A DNA stretch of 42,996 nucleotides from Alphaproteobacteria bacterium (GTDB taxonomy: Bacteria; Pseudomonadota; Alphaproteobacteria; Micropepsales; Micropepsaceae). Of this stretch, positions 8,893 to 18,330 are shown piece after piece (positions within the stretch are counted from its first letter, which is position 1; each line of letters begins with the position of its first letter). The notes beneath the pieces were generated by a model, which had not been told where the DNA came from, did not search any database, and saw only the letters and a program-made list of their open reading frames with translations. Location of the stretch: positions 1 to 42,996 of the forward strand of contig JAEUMM010000052.1 of NCBI GenBank assembly GCA_016792645.1. The letters run 5' to 3'. The translations under genes were made by a program, and so were the position numbers.

Positions 8893-9022
8893 GGGGAACT
8901 GGCTGCAAGCCAAGGCACGCCCTGCTATAACCGGCCCAGCCGGTAGGTGTGCGCTTTACGGGCGTCGCCAGGGCCAGTATGAGTCCGCCCGGTTCCGATC
9001 AATTCCAGGAAGGAAACGCCCC

Positions 9023-9340
9023 ATGGACGCAGACGTCGCCGCTTTCACCGCTGGCTTGAAGAACGCCATCGGCTCGCAATCCGGTCTCAATTCGACCCTG
9101 AAGTTCGACTTCGAAGGCAAAGGCCACATTTTTGTGGACGGCAAATCGACGCCCAACACGGTGTCGAACGACGACAAGCCTGCCGACTGCACGATCACGG
9201 TCTCGACCGACACGTTCAAGAAGATGGTCGCCCGCGAGCTCGATGGCACCACCGCCTTCATGCAGGGCAAGCTGAAGGTCGCCGGCGACATGAGCGTCGC
9301 GATGAAGTTGGGCCCGATCCTCGCCAAAGCCGCCGGCTAA
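9023..9340 (+). CDS. SCP2 sterol-carrier-like domain protein
   Basis: 105 aa from ATG 9023. LKFDFEGKGHIFVDGK...DCTITVSTDTFKKMVARELDGTTAFMQGKLKVAGDMSVAMKL is the SCP-2 signature region. Confidence 0.85.
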   Translation: MDADVAAFTAGLKNAIGSQSGLNSTLKFDFEGKGHIFVDGKSTPNTVSNDDKPADCTITVSTDTFKKMVARELDGTTAFMQGKLKVAGDMSVAMKLGPILAKAAG

Positions 9341-9347
9341 CACCGAC

Positions 9348-10352
9348 GTGGCCCGCATCGGGCCTGAGGCTGAATTGGTGGCGGTGCCGGGTTATCCGGC
9401 ACCCCCTGGCGCTGTTGCCGAATGGCTGACGCTGGCGGACGGCGTCAATCTGCGCACAGCGCGCTGGATTTTGCCGCCGAGCGAAACGCACGGCACAGTG
9501 GTCCTGATCCAGGGTCGCACTGAATTCGTCGAAAAATACTTCGAGGTCGTGGGCGAACTTCTCGCCCGCGGCCTTTCCGTCATCACCTTCGACTGGCGCG
9601 GCCAGGGCCTGTCGACGCGCGTGTTCCCCGAAACGCTCAAAGGCCACGTCGCCGACTTCTCGGAGTTCGACGCCGACCTCGCCGCAGTGATGAACAAGAT
9701 CGTGCATGAGCACGGCACGAAGCCCTACCACGCGCTCGCGCATTCGATGGGCGGCAACGTCTTGCTGCGCTATCTGCATGATAACCCGCACGAATTCGAA
9801 CGCGCAGTGCTCACCGCGCCAATGCTTGCGATCAAGACGGCGCCATATCCGGAATGGGTCGCCCGTTCGCTAGCCGTGTGCTCGGCGGCGGCCGGCGGAC
9901 GCAATGCCTTCGTGTTCGGCGGCGCAGCTCAAAGTCCGCTTAAGCTAACGTTCGAAACCAACGGCGTGACCAGCGATGTCCGCCGCTTCGAACGGTTCAT
10001 GTCATGCCTAAAAGCTGAGCCGAAACTCGCGCTTGGCGCGCCGACCTTCGGCTGGCTTGAGGCCGCCTTCCGCTCGATGCATCTCGTCGCCAGCGAAGAC
10101 TTCGCACAGGCCATCGAAACGCCGGTGCTCCTCATCGGCGCGGCCCACGATCAGATCGTGGTCCCCGGCGCCGACCTCGCGCTCGTCAAACGCATCAAGC
10201 GCGGCATGTATGTGATGCTGAAGGCCGAGCACGAAATCATGATGGAGTCGGACGAAATCCGCCGCGCCTTCTGGGCCTGCTTCGATCCGTTCGTGGGCCT
10301 GACGAACTCGGCCTACCGCACCGCGCCCAAGGCCTCCAGCACCGCAGCGTGA
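9348..10352 (+). CDS. alpha/beta hydrolase, lysophospholipase L2 (PldB)-like
   Basis: 334 aa, GTG start 8 nt after the SCP2 stop. FDWRGQGLS, nucleophile elbow HSMGG, late catalytic region AAHDQIV...EHEIMME. Confidence 0.75.
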   Translation: MARIGPEAELVAVPGYPAPPGAVAEWLTLADGVNLRTARWILPPSETHGTVVLIQGRTEFVEKYFEVVGELLARGLSVITFDWRGQGLSTRVFPETLKGHVADFSEFDADLAAVMNKIVHEHGTKPYHALAHSMGGNVLLRYLHDNPHEFERAVLTAPMLAIKTAPYPEWVARSLAVCSAAAGGRNAFVFGGAAQSPLKLTFETNGVTSDVRRFERFMSCLKAEPKLALGAPTFGWLEAAFRSMHLVASEDFAQAIETPVLLIGAAHDQIVVPGADLALVKRIKRGMYVMLKAEHEIMMESDEIRRAFWACFDPFVGLTNSAYRTAPKASSTAA

Positions 10353-11128
10353 AGCGCCGCGTCGCCGCACGCCACGACGCGCCCGCCGTTCTGGGCCGAT
10401 CCGCCTGCCCAGGTCGTCATCACACCACCCGCGTTCTCGACGATGGGAATCAGCGCCTGGACATCCCAAGGCTGCAACGACGACTCGACGATCAGATCAA
10501 TGAACCCCATCGCAAGTAGCCCATAGGCGTAGCAATCGCCGCCGAACCGGGTAAGCCGCGCCTGCGCTGACAAGGCCCAAAACGCCGCTTGTTCGGCATC
10601 GCTGAAATAGCCGACGGGTGAGGTCGTCGACATCACGGCAGCGCTCAGCGAAGGGCAGGGCCGGGTTTTCAACGCGACCTGACGCCCTTGCCCGTCGCGA
10701 AACGACGAACGGCCTGCCGAAGCGACCCACCGCTCGCGCGTATAAGGCTGATCAAGCACGCCGATAACCGGCCGCTGCCCGTCGTTGAGCGCAATCAGCG
10801 TCCCCCATTGCGCCATGCCGCACATGAACGCGCGCGTGCCGTCGATCGGATCGATCACCCACGTCAGCGGCGATGAACCGCGCTCGGCGCCGTGCTCTTC
10901 GCCCATCACGCCGTGGGCGGGATAGCGCTCCCTGACCCGCGCGCGGATCACATCCTCGGCCGCGCGATCGGCCTCGGTCACGGGATCGAACCCCGCGTCG
11001 CCCAACTTGTTGTGAACGGCAATGCGCTCGCGAAAATGCGGCAGAATGGTCTTGCCGCTCAGATCGGCAAGCTCCTCCGCAAATTGCGTCAGTTCGGAAA
11101 GTTCGGCGGCGCTGGGTGTCGCGGTCAT
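10313..11128 (-). CDS. hisN: inositol-monophosphatase-family phosphatase (histidinol-phosphatase HisN-like)
   Basis: 271 aa. FDPVTEADRAAE, GEEHG, WVIDPIDGTRAF, WDVQALIPIVENAGG. Family membership is certain; the histidinol-phosphatase assignment is from recall of alphaproteobacterial HisN. Confidence 0.7.
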   Translation of the reverse strand: MTATPSAAELSELTQFAEELADLSGKTILPHFRERIAVHNKLGDAGFDPVTEADRAAEDVIRARVRERYPAHGVMGEEHGAERGSSPLTWVIDPIDGTRAFMCGMAQWGTLIALNDGQRPVIGVLDQPYTRERWVASAGRSSFRDGQGRQVALKTRPCPSLSAAVMSTTSPVGYFSDAEQAAFWALSAQARLTRFGGDCYAYGLLAMGFIDLIVESSLQPWDVQALIPIVENAGGVMTTWAGGSAQNGGRVVACGDAALHAAVLEALGAVR

Positions 11129-11173
11129 CCGCGAAAGTCGCGGACCGCGGCACCCAGTGTCAATTGCGCCTGA

Positions 11174-11545
11174 TCAGGAACGCGGTTCCGAACCGCTCAG
11201 AGCCTTGGCGAGATCCAGAAGCCGGCGGCGCGGGCCTTCATCCAGCCCGTAATAGGCGCGGATAAGATCCATCGTTTCCTTGTTCTGGAGCAAACCATCA
11301 TCGGTCGCGCCTTGGCCATCCTTGCCCGCCCCAAGTCCTTCGAAGAAGAACGAGATGGGCATGTCCAACGCACGCGCGAGATCCCAAAGGCGGGAGGCCG
11401 AAATTCGGTTCGCCCCGCTCTCGTATTTTTGAATCTGTTGGAAGCGGATCCCCACCGCCTGAGCCAGCTGTTGCTGAGTCATTCCCAGAAGCCAACGACG
11501 ATGACGCACGCGTTGACCGATATGTAGATCTATTGGGTTCTTCAC
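11174..11545 (-). CDS. XRE-family helix-turn-helix transcriptional regulator
   Basis: IGQRVRHRRWLLGMTQQQLAQAVGIRFQQIQKYESGANRISASRLWDLARAL. Start set at GTG 11545 (GGAGG 3 nt upstream) rather than ATG 11608. Confidence 0.8.
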   Translation of the reverse strand: MKNPIDLHIGQRVRHRRWLLGMTQQQLAQAVGIRFQQIQKYESGANRISASRLWDLARALDMPISFFFEGLGAGKDGQGATDDGLLQNKETMDLIRAYYGLDEGPRRRLLDLAKALSGSEPRS

Positions 11546-11783
11546 GAGCCTCCCCCGAATGCCACGCGATCCCCAGTTCTTCTCGCACACCCAATGCGAG
11601 CGAACCAATCTTGGCGCTCTACTTCCAGGCGATCAACCATCGGTTGGTGCCTGAATGTCACACCAACTTTGCCCCGAAAACCAAGAGAAAGCAAACGCTT
11701 ATGGACGTAACCTCAGACGACACTCAACCAAAACGGGCGGTTTGGCGAGTGGCCGGAAGTCCACACTGTGGCAAAAACCACGG

Positions 11784-13619
11784 CTATCCCTCGCCGCTGG
11801 CCCGGCTGTAGCGCTTGCGGTCGTTCGGATCGAGCCACCGCTTACGCAGGCGGATGGACTTGGGCGTCACCTCAACCAGCTCGTCGTCGCCGATATAGGC
11901 GATGGCCTGCTCCAGGGTCAGAAGCTTCGGCGGCGTGAGGCGGACGGCTTCATCCTTACCCGCGGCCCGGAAGTTGGTCAGCTGCTTGGCTTTCAGCGCG
12001 TTCACGTCCAGGTCGTTCTCCCGGCTGTGCTCGCCGATGATCATGCCCTGGTAAACCTTGGTGCCGGATTCGATGAACATGAAGCCGCGCTCTTCCAGAT
12101 ACCAAAGCGCATAGGTCTGCGCCTCGCCGTCGCGATCGGCGATCAACACGCCCACGCGTCGGCCTTCGATCGGTCCCCGATGCGGGCCGAATTCCTGGAA
12201 CACGCGGTTCATGATGCCGGTGCCGCGCGTGTCGGTCAGGAATTGCCCGTGATACCCGATGAGGCCGCGCGACGGCGCCAGGAAGGTAAGGCGCGTCTTG
12301 CCGCCGCCCGACGGACGCATGTCCGTCATCTCGCCTTTGCGCAGCGACATCTGCTCGATCACGGTGCCGGTATAGGCGTCGTCGACGTCGATGGTGACTT
12401 CCTCGATCGGCTCAAGCTTTTCGCCGTTGGGCCCGTTGCGGAACAACACCCGCGGACGCGAAATCGAAAGCTCGAACCCTTCGCGGCGCATCGTTTCGAT
12501 CAAGACGCCCAACTGCAATTCGCCGCGCCCGGCAACTTCGTAGGCGTCGGCGCTTTCCGTTTCGCGAACCTTGATCGTGACGTTGCTCTCGGCTTCGCGG
12601 AACAGGCGCTCGCGAATGACGCGGCTCTGCACCTTCGAACCCTCACGGCCCGCATACGGCGAATCGTTGATGCCGATCGTGATCGCAATCGTCGGCGGAT
12701 CGATCGGGTTCGCCGGAATAGGGATCAGAACCTCGGCATCGCACAGCGTGTCGGCCACGCCAGCGATCGTCAAACCGGCGATCGCAACAATGTCGCCGGC
12801 GCCGGCTTCGTCCACCGGAACGCGCTGAAGTCCGCGAAAAGCCAACACTTTCGTGATGCGGCCACGCTCGATCAACTCGCCCTCGCGCGACAAAGCCTTG
12901 ATCGACCGGTTCGCTTCGACGACACCCGATTCGATGCGCCCGGTCAAAATGCGGCCCAGATACGGATCCGACTGAATCACGCGGACCAGCATGGCGAACG
13001 GATATTGCGAACTCGCTTTCGACGCGATCGTCGGCGGCCGAACGTGTGAAATGATCGTCTCGAACAGCGGCGTCAAATCCTTGCGCTCGTCGTTCTCTAA
13101 GTCGCGCACCGCCCAGCCCGCGCGTCCGCTGGCATAGAGCGTCGGGAAGTCCAGTTGTTCGTCGTTCGCGTCCAGCGATGCGAACAGGTCGAACACGTCG
13201 GAATGAACCTCGTGCGCCCGCGCGTCCTGCCGGTCGATCTTGTTGATGACGACAATAGGCTTCAAGCCCAGCTTGAGCGCCTTCGACGTCACGAACTTCG
13301 TCTGCGGCATTGCCCCTTCGGCCGAGTCGACCAAAAGGACCACGCCGTCGACCATCGACAAGATGCGCTCGACCTCGCCGCCGAAGTCGGCGTGACCGGG
13401 CGTATCGATGATGTTGATGCGCGTGCCGTTCCACTCGACGCTCGTGCACTTGGCGAGGATGGTGATCCCGCGCTCGCGCTCCAACTCGTTGGAGTCCATG
13501 GCGCGCTCCATGACCTGCTGATTTTCGCGGAAGGTTCCGCTTTGGCGCAGCAGTTGATCGACGAGCGTTGTTTTCCCATGGTCGACATGGGCAATAATGG
13601 CGATATTGCGCAGGTTCAT
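11784..13619 (-). CDS. typA: translational GTPase TypA/BipA
   Basis: 611 aa from [24 protein letters not shown] (G1), [12 protein letters not shown] (G3), NKIDR (G4). The 223-codon upstream extension of ORF 11784..14288 is Arg/Ala/Pro-rich and was rejected. Confidence 0.95.
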   Translation of the reverse strand: MNLRNIAIIAHVDHGKTTLVDQLLRQSGTFRENQQVMERAMDSNELERERGITILAKCTSVEWNGTRINIIDTPGHADFGGEVERILSMVDGVVLLVDSAEGAMPQTKFVTSKALKLGLKPIVVINKIDRQDARAHEVHSDVFDLFASLDANDEQLDFPTLYASGRAGWAVRDLENDERKDLTPLFETIISHVRPPTIASKASSQYPFAMLVRVIQSDPYLGRILTGRIESGVVEANRSIKALSREGELIERGRITKVLAFRGLQRVPVDEAGAGDIVAIAGLTIAGVADTLCDAEVLIPIPANPIDPPTIAITIGINDSPYAGREGSKVQSRVIRERLFREAESNVTIKVRETESADAYEVAGRGELQLGVLIETMRREGFELSISRPRVLFRNGPNGEKLEPIEEVTIDVDDAYTGTVIEQMSLRKGEMTDMRPSGGGKTRLTFLAPSRGLIGYHGQFLTDTRGTGIMNRVFQEFGPHRGPIEGRRVGVLIADRDGEAQTYALWYLEERGFMFIESGTKVYQGMIIGEHSRENDLDVNALKAKQLTNFRAAGKDEAVRLTPPKLLTLEQAIAYIGDDELVEVTPKSIRLRKRWLDPNDRKRYSRASGEG

Positions 13620-13788
13620 TTTCGGTTTTTCAGCTGAAGGCCCGTCTCGGCGCGAGCGCGCGGGATATAGCCCGTTCGCTGCATTGCAGCAAGGAGAGCG
13701 CCGCGGCCGTGTGGTCGCGGGGCCAAAGCCTGGGCTTACATCGATATTAACGGCCGCCGCGTACCCTTGTTCTGTGGGGAACGCGAAG

Positions 13789-15051
13789 ATGAAACCGAAA
13801 GCCTCCTTCAGCTTTTCATCGACCGCGGGCGGCGGACAGTCGCCCGGTCTGGGGGCCCTCTTGCTCGCGGTCGGCGCATTCATCTGCGCGATCGCGCTGG
13901 GCTGGATCCCGTCACCGCCGGAGAGCTTCAACGCGCCGCGTGAGATTGTCTTGGCCGCAGGCCTCCTTTTCGCGCTCGCCGGGCTGCTCTTTGCGATCAA
14001 CGGCCGCGCACCAGCCTGGGTGATGGGTTTCGTTGGCGCCTGCATCTGGACGGCCTTCGCTCTGATCCCAAGCTGGATTGCCTGGGGCGCGGGGCCGCGA
14101 AACTTCTCCGGTGACGGCCTTTGGCTTCTCGCTCTGGTCGGCCTCGACTTCCAGACCCTGGGGCGCACCGTCTTCGGCCTCAGCGCGTTGATCCTCTGGG
14201 TCGGCGCTCTTGCAGCCTGGTTCGCGTGGCTCAAGAGTCTGCCGCGCATCGGCCAAGCGCCAGCGGTTCTCGCCCTTCTCGCTTTCACGATCTGGATGGC
14301 GTGGGGACGCTATCTCGAACCGGCAGCCGTTACGGGAAGCAGCGACGCCGACCGCCTGGCCCAATACATCGCCGCAAGACACCTGAACATCGACGCCTCC
14401 AGCGACAACGAATTTCTTGAGCCGCGTGAGGAACTCTGGATAAAGCGTGCCCGCGCCCGCATTGCCGCCGGGCGCACACCCCCGCTTGGCAGCGCAGTCA
14501 TCGATGTGCCGGAAGCTGGCGCCGCGCCAGACATCGACGGCGTGATCGGCGAGGCGGAATGGCGCGCCGCCCGCGCGCTCGCCGCCCCCGCGCCGGGCCG
14601 CGGTGGCCGCGTCCTGGTTATGCGCAGCCGGGACAAGCTCTATGTGGCAGGCGAAGCCTTCGCCGACCGCAGCAGCGCCGGCTTCGATCAAATGCGCGTC
14701 TACTTCCATATCGATCTGGCGCAGGCGTTCGCCAACGAACGCGTCTTCGTCTCGGGCAGCGGCGGTGCCACAAGCTTACGCTCGGTCCGCCTGCCTGGAT
14801 CGCAATACGAAAAGACAGAGTGGACGATCCTGCACGGCATCCAAGGTGCGAGCGCAGTAACCCGTCATCGGCAATTCGAGCTTTCGCTCGACATGGCGGA
14901 AGCTGGCCTACCTGCGGGCGGCGCATTCCCGGTCTTTGTGGAGATCGAGGGCGATCCGCTCCGCACGTCGGCTGGAAAGTTCAAGGCGCGCCGAATCGAA
15001 GGCCGCGTGGGCTCGTATCAGACGCCGATTTGGCTGCGCCTGCCGGAATAG
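13789..15051 (+). CDS. membrane protein with C-terminal CBM9/DOMON-like domain (hypothetical)
   Basis: Start at MKPKASF (13789). Several hydrophobic helices follow (LLLAVGAFICAIALGW, LAAGLLFALAGLLFAI, VMGFVGACIWTAFALIPSWIAW, ...). Then PDIDGVIGEAEWRAARAL...LYVAGEAF...FELSLDMAE resembles carbohydrate-binding family 9-like folds. Confidence 0.6.
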   Translation: MKPKASFSFSSTAGGGQSPGLGALLLAVGAFICAIALGWIPSPPESFNAPREIVLAAGLLFALAGLLFAINGRAPAWVMGFVGACIWTAFALIPSWIAWGAGPRNFSGDGLWLLALVGLDFQTLGRTVFGLSALILWVGALAAWFAWLKSLPRIGQAPAVLALLAFTIWMAWGRYLEPAAVTGSSDADRLAQYIAARHLNIDASSDNEFLEPREELWIKRARARIAAGRTPPLGSAVIDVPEAGAAPDIDGVIGEAEWRAARALAAPAPGRGGRVLVMRSRDKLYVAGEAFADRSSAGFDQMRVYFHIDLAQAFANERVFVSGSGGATSLRSVRLPGSQYEKTEWTILHGIQGASAVTRHRQFELSLDMAEAGLPAGGAFPVFVEIEGDPLRTSAGKFKARRIEGRVGSYQTPIWLRLPE

Positions 15052-15183
15052 TGTGCGATTTCACACTGTCCCCGCAAAGCCGTCGCCGGGGTGGAAGATG
15101 TTGCTGAGACCTTAATCCGCCAATTCTTAAGCGGCTTGCGTTAGGGTGACCGCTCACCAAGAGCGCGCCGCTAAGTCAACGCC

Positions 15184-16575
15184 ATGACGCCACCGACACC
15201 GCCTCTAATCCGCGATCGCGCATTGAAGCCGCTCGTAGAGTTGGTGTTGGGGTCATTGCCGCTGACGATGGTTTTGAATCCCATCTGGGCCGCGCTGTCG
15301 ATCATTCCACTGGGCGGCGGCTTTCCCTCGTTCGGCATCGTTCCGTTCGAGATTCTGATCGCCGTCGTCGCGCTGCACGTGCTGAATTCATGTGTGGCGG
15401 GGTGCGTGTATTTGTGGGCGGCGCGCGCTCGGCCGACTCCGGAAGCGATTTTTCGCGTTCTCCTGATATTGCAGCTATGGCTAAGCGTCTCGTGGGGCGC
15501 CGGCGCCCTCGCTTGCTGGGAAGACGGCAACACGACCAACAACACGTTCCTTGCGCTGCTTGTCATCGGCATGACTTGGGCGCTCGCGATCACGCGCTCT
15601 GTGCATCCCGTGCTGTTCGCCCTTGGCGTCATGCCGATGATGACCATGTTCTGGCTGCGCGCGACCTTCGCGCCGGGCGAGGCGGCGGGAGTCTTCATGA
15701 TCTTCGCGCCGGTCTTTGCGGCTTACGCTTGGTTCTTGGGGACTTCGGCGCGCGACCGGGTGAGTCAAATGCTGGCTGCGCGCTTCGAACTCGAAGACAT
15801 GGCCACCGCGCTTGAGGCCGCGCGCAGCGACGCTGTGACCAAGACCATTGAGGCCGAAGCGGCGAGCGCTTCGAAATCAGCCTTCGTTGCCAACATGAGC
15901 CACGAACTTCGCACGCCGTTGAACGCAATCTTGGGCTTTGCCGAACTGATTCAAAGCGCGGGCGTTGGTGGTGATGTCCCAACACAGTATCGCGCCTACG
16001 CCGGCGATATCCGCGAGTCCGGTGCGCATCTCCTGAGCCTGATCAATGATATGCTCGACATCGCCAAAATCGAAGCCGGCAAGATGGAGATTGACCGCCA
16101 AGTCCTGGACGCCTCGGCTTCAATCGAAGGTGCGGTGCGCTTCATCGCTCACCGCGCCGACGACAAACGGCAATCCATAGAGGTCCGCATCGATCCGCAT
16201 GTTCGCCTCGTCGCCGACGAGCGCGCCTTCAAGCAAGTCCTTCTGAACTTGCTGTCGAATGCCGTAAAATTCTCGCCGCCGGGCGGCAAGATCATGATCT
16301 CATGCGCCAGACAACTCGAGGGCGGCACGTGTTTGACCGTCTCCGACGATGGCCCCGGCATTCCCCTCGACAAGATCAAGCAACTGTTCCGCCCGTTCTC
16401 GCGCGTCGACAACCGCTACGACCGGGACACCAATGGAACGGGGCTTGGCCTCGCGCTCGTGCGCGGTCTCGTCGCGCTGCACGGCGGCAAGGTGTGGCTG
16501 GAAAACCGGCCGACGGGCGGCCTCGTGGCCGGCGTCGAATTCCCCGGCCCGAGCGAAACCGCGCAAGCCGCGTAG
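15184..16575 (+). CDS. membrane sensor histidine kinase
   Basis: N-terminal TM segments. H-box FVANMSHELRTPLNAILGF, N-box LLNLLSNAVKFSP, G-boxes SDDGPGIP and GTGLGLALV. Confidence 0.9.
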   Translation: MTPPTPPLIRDRALKPLVELVLGSLPLTMVLNPIWAALSIIPLGGGFPSFGIVPFEILIAVVALHVLNSCVAGCVYLWAARARPTPEAIFRVLLILQLWLSVSWGAGALACWEDGNTTNNTFLALLVIGMTWALAITRSVHPVLFALGVMPMMTMFWLRATFAPGEAAGVFMIFAPVFAAYAWFLGTSARDRVSQMLAARFELEDMATALEAARSDAVTKTIEAEAASASKSAFVANMSHELRTPLNAILGFAELIQSAGVGGDVPTQYRAYAGDIRESGAHLLSLINDMLDIAKIEAGKMEIDRQVLDASASIEGAVRFIAHRADDKRQSIEVRIDPHVRLVADERAFKQVLLNLLSNAVKFSPPGGKIMISCARQLEGGTCLTVSDDGPGIPLDKIKQLFRPFSRVDNRYDRDTNGTGLGLALVRGLVALHGGKVWLENRPTGGLVAGVEFPGPSETAQAA

Positions 16576-16578
16576 CAT

Positions 16579-17265
16579 TCAGGTGGGCAATGGCCCCGTC
16601 ATCGCCTTGAAAACTTTTGCGCGAGTTTCGCCCTCCGCGCGTTGCGCCGGCGTCAGGCGTTTCTTTAGAAGGCCCAACGGCGTTTCGTCCGGCCCCAACA
16701 CCTGGTTCGTTTTCGCGTCGTACCCCACGCCTTGCACGCCCTGCGCCGCCGCAAGCAGGTAGTACATATAGGCTTCGATCTCGTCCTTCCGTCCGGCATC
16801 GCCCGTTTCAATCATGGTCGCGAAATTGTACTGCGCCGGCCCATAGCCGTACTTCGCAGACCATTCGTACCACCGCGCCGCTTCGACCAAGCTCGCCTCG
16901 ACGCCAAGCCCGTGCTCGTAGATCGTGCCCAGATCCATCATCGAGCGCCGCTCGCCGCCCATCGCGGCCTGCTGGTGGTACTTGCGCGCCTTCTCATAGT
17001 CGCGCTCGACCACGCCGCCCTTGCCGTCCATGTACTCGATGCCCAGCCGGCGGGCGGATTCGATGTCGCCCTTCGCCGCTTGCTCCGTCCACCACGCGAT
17101 CGCTTCAGGATAGAGCCCGCGACGATAGAGATCCTCGCCCTCCGATCGCGCTGGCTGCGTCTGTGGATCGGGCGAGCCCGCGACCGTCGAAATTCCGAAC
17201 ACCGCGACAGGCGCCGCCAGCGCGACTGCAACCAAGACGGCCAACCGGCCCCAAAACCGTGACAT
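16579..17265 (-). CDS. secreted Sel1-repeat (TPR-like) protein
   Basis: Signal peptide MSRFWGRLAVLVAVALAAPVAVFG. Repeated A..W...AA..G...A...LG..Y..G.GV units (AAKGDIESARRLGIEYMDGKGGV; AAMGGERRSMMDLGTIYEHGLGV; SAKYGYGPAQYNFATMIETGD). Confidence 0.85.
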   Translation of the reverse strand: MSRFWGRLAVLVAVALAAPVAVFGISTVAGSPDPQTQPARSEGEDLYRRGLYPEAIAWWTEQAAKGDIESARRLGIEYMDGKGGVVERDYEKARKYHQQAAMGGERRSMMDLGTIYEHGLGVEASLVEAARWYEWSAKYGYGPAQYNFATMIETGDAGRKDEIEAYMYYLLAAAQGVQGVGYDAKTNQVLGPDETPLGLLKKRLTPAQRAEGETRAKVFKAMTGPLPT

Positions 17266-17277
17266 GTAATGCGTGCT

Positions 17278-17376
17278 CTAAGTCGTCTGCAGCAACAGAC
17301 CGGCGCCCAACAACAGAGCAGAACACAAAGCGAGCAGAAGCTTGGTTCGCAGAGGCAGGCGCATGAAGTTGTGCAT
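17278..17376 (-). CDS. candidate 32-aa hydrophobic small ORF (MHNFMRLPLRTKLLLALCSALLLGAGLLLQTT)
   Basis: Hand translation of the minus strand. GGAG lies 8 nt upstream of the ATG. The stop is 12 nt before the Sel1 start codon, which has no SD of its own. Below the ORF-track length cutoff. Confidence 0.25.
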   Translation of the reverse strand: MHNFMRLPLRTKLLLALCSALLLGAGLLLQTT

Positions 17377-17422
17377 GACAAGGCTCCGGTTGGCGGTCAC
17401 CGGTGAACGCTAACCCGGCGCC

Positions 17423-18076
17423 TCAGGTAACGACAACCCACTCGCCGCTTTCGTGGTCGATGCGCGTTAACTTCCCGTCGTGGATGTCGAAATGCCAGCC
17501 GTGAAGCTTCAGCGCGCCGTTTTCCAACCGTTCGCGCACCCACGGATAGCCCGAAAGATTCATGATGCTGTTCTGGATCACGGCGAATTCGGACGCGCGC
17601 CGCTTTCCATTGTCGTCAAGGGCATCAAAGTTAGTGGGCAGCAGCGCACGCGCGGGCGCCGCCACCTCGACCCACGCCTTCAGATAGTCGGTCTCAGGCA
17701 AGCCTTCGCCGTGATTGACCAGCGCTTTGACGCCGCCGCAATGCGCGTGCCCTTTGACGATGATGTCAGAGATGTTCAGCACCTTGATCGCGTATTCGAC
17801 GGCCGCGCCGATTGAGCGCGGGCGTCCGTCCGGATTGTGCGGCGGGACGATGTTGGCAATATTGCGCGCGACAAAGATCGCGCCCGGCGGCGTGTTGAAC
17901 ACGACGCTCGGCGACACGCGGCTGTCTGAGCAGGCGATGATCAGTATCTTCGGCTTCTGGCCCTTTTGGGCCAAACGCTCGTACCGGCTGCGCTCGCGGG
18001 CGAAAGTGGTGCGGCGAAACTTGCGATAGCCGTCGACAAGTTTGTCGACCGGTTTAGCCTTGCCCCAAAACAGCAT
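17423..18076 (-). CDS. beta-class carbonic anhydrase
   Basis: Start at MLFWGKAKPVDKLVDGYRKF. Zinc ligands in CSDSRV and HAHCGG. 217 aa. Confidence 0.9.
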   Translation of the reverse strand: MLFWGKAKPVDKLVDGYRKFRRTTFARERSRYERLAQKGQKPKILIIACSDSRVSPSVVFNTPPGAIFVARNIANIVPPHNPDGRPRSIGAAVEYAIKVLNISDIIVKGHAHCGGVKALVNHGEGLPETDYLKAWVEVAAPARALLPTNFDALDDNGKRRASEFAVIQNSIMNLSGYPWVRERLENGALKLHGWHFDIHDGKLTRIDHESGEWVVVT

Positions 18077-18176
18077 TCCAGGCGCCCCTCGCAGTATCGT
18101 TCGTGTCGATGGTTCAAAGTCGGAACGAGGGCGATACGAAAGTCGCGCGCGGCGCGCAACACGCCCGCAACGGAAC

Positions 18177-18198
18177 CGCGCGCGTGCGCACGCGCGCG
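18177..18198. repeat. perfect 22-bp alternating-GC palindrome CGCGCGCGTGCGCACGCGCGCG
   Basis: Read directly. Lies between the SulP stop (18331) and the carbonic anhydrase start (18076). Confidence 0.7.
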
Positions 18199-18330
18199 AC
18201 ACCCAATTGCAACAGCCGGGTTGGTCACATTCCCCTGGTCAGCGAAGGGAAAAAACGAAGATGCGCGCCCGGCGCTTTATAACACCTTCGTATTGTGGAA
18301 TCGGCGACGTACATGCCGTGGACGGACAAT

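Noticed and set aside
11655-13049. 464-aa + strand ORF antisense to typA
   Set aside because: Arg/Ala/Asp-rich shadow frame. typA on the minus strand has the complete G1-G4 GTPase motifs.
13620-14288. 223-codon N-terminal extension of the typA ORF
   Set aside because: Arg/Pro/Ala-rich and overlaps the divergent membrane-protein gene. TypA homologues begin at [17 protein letters not shown].
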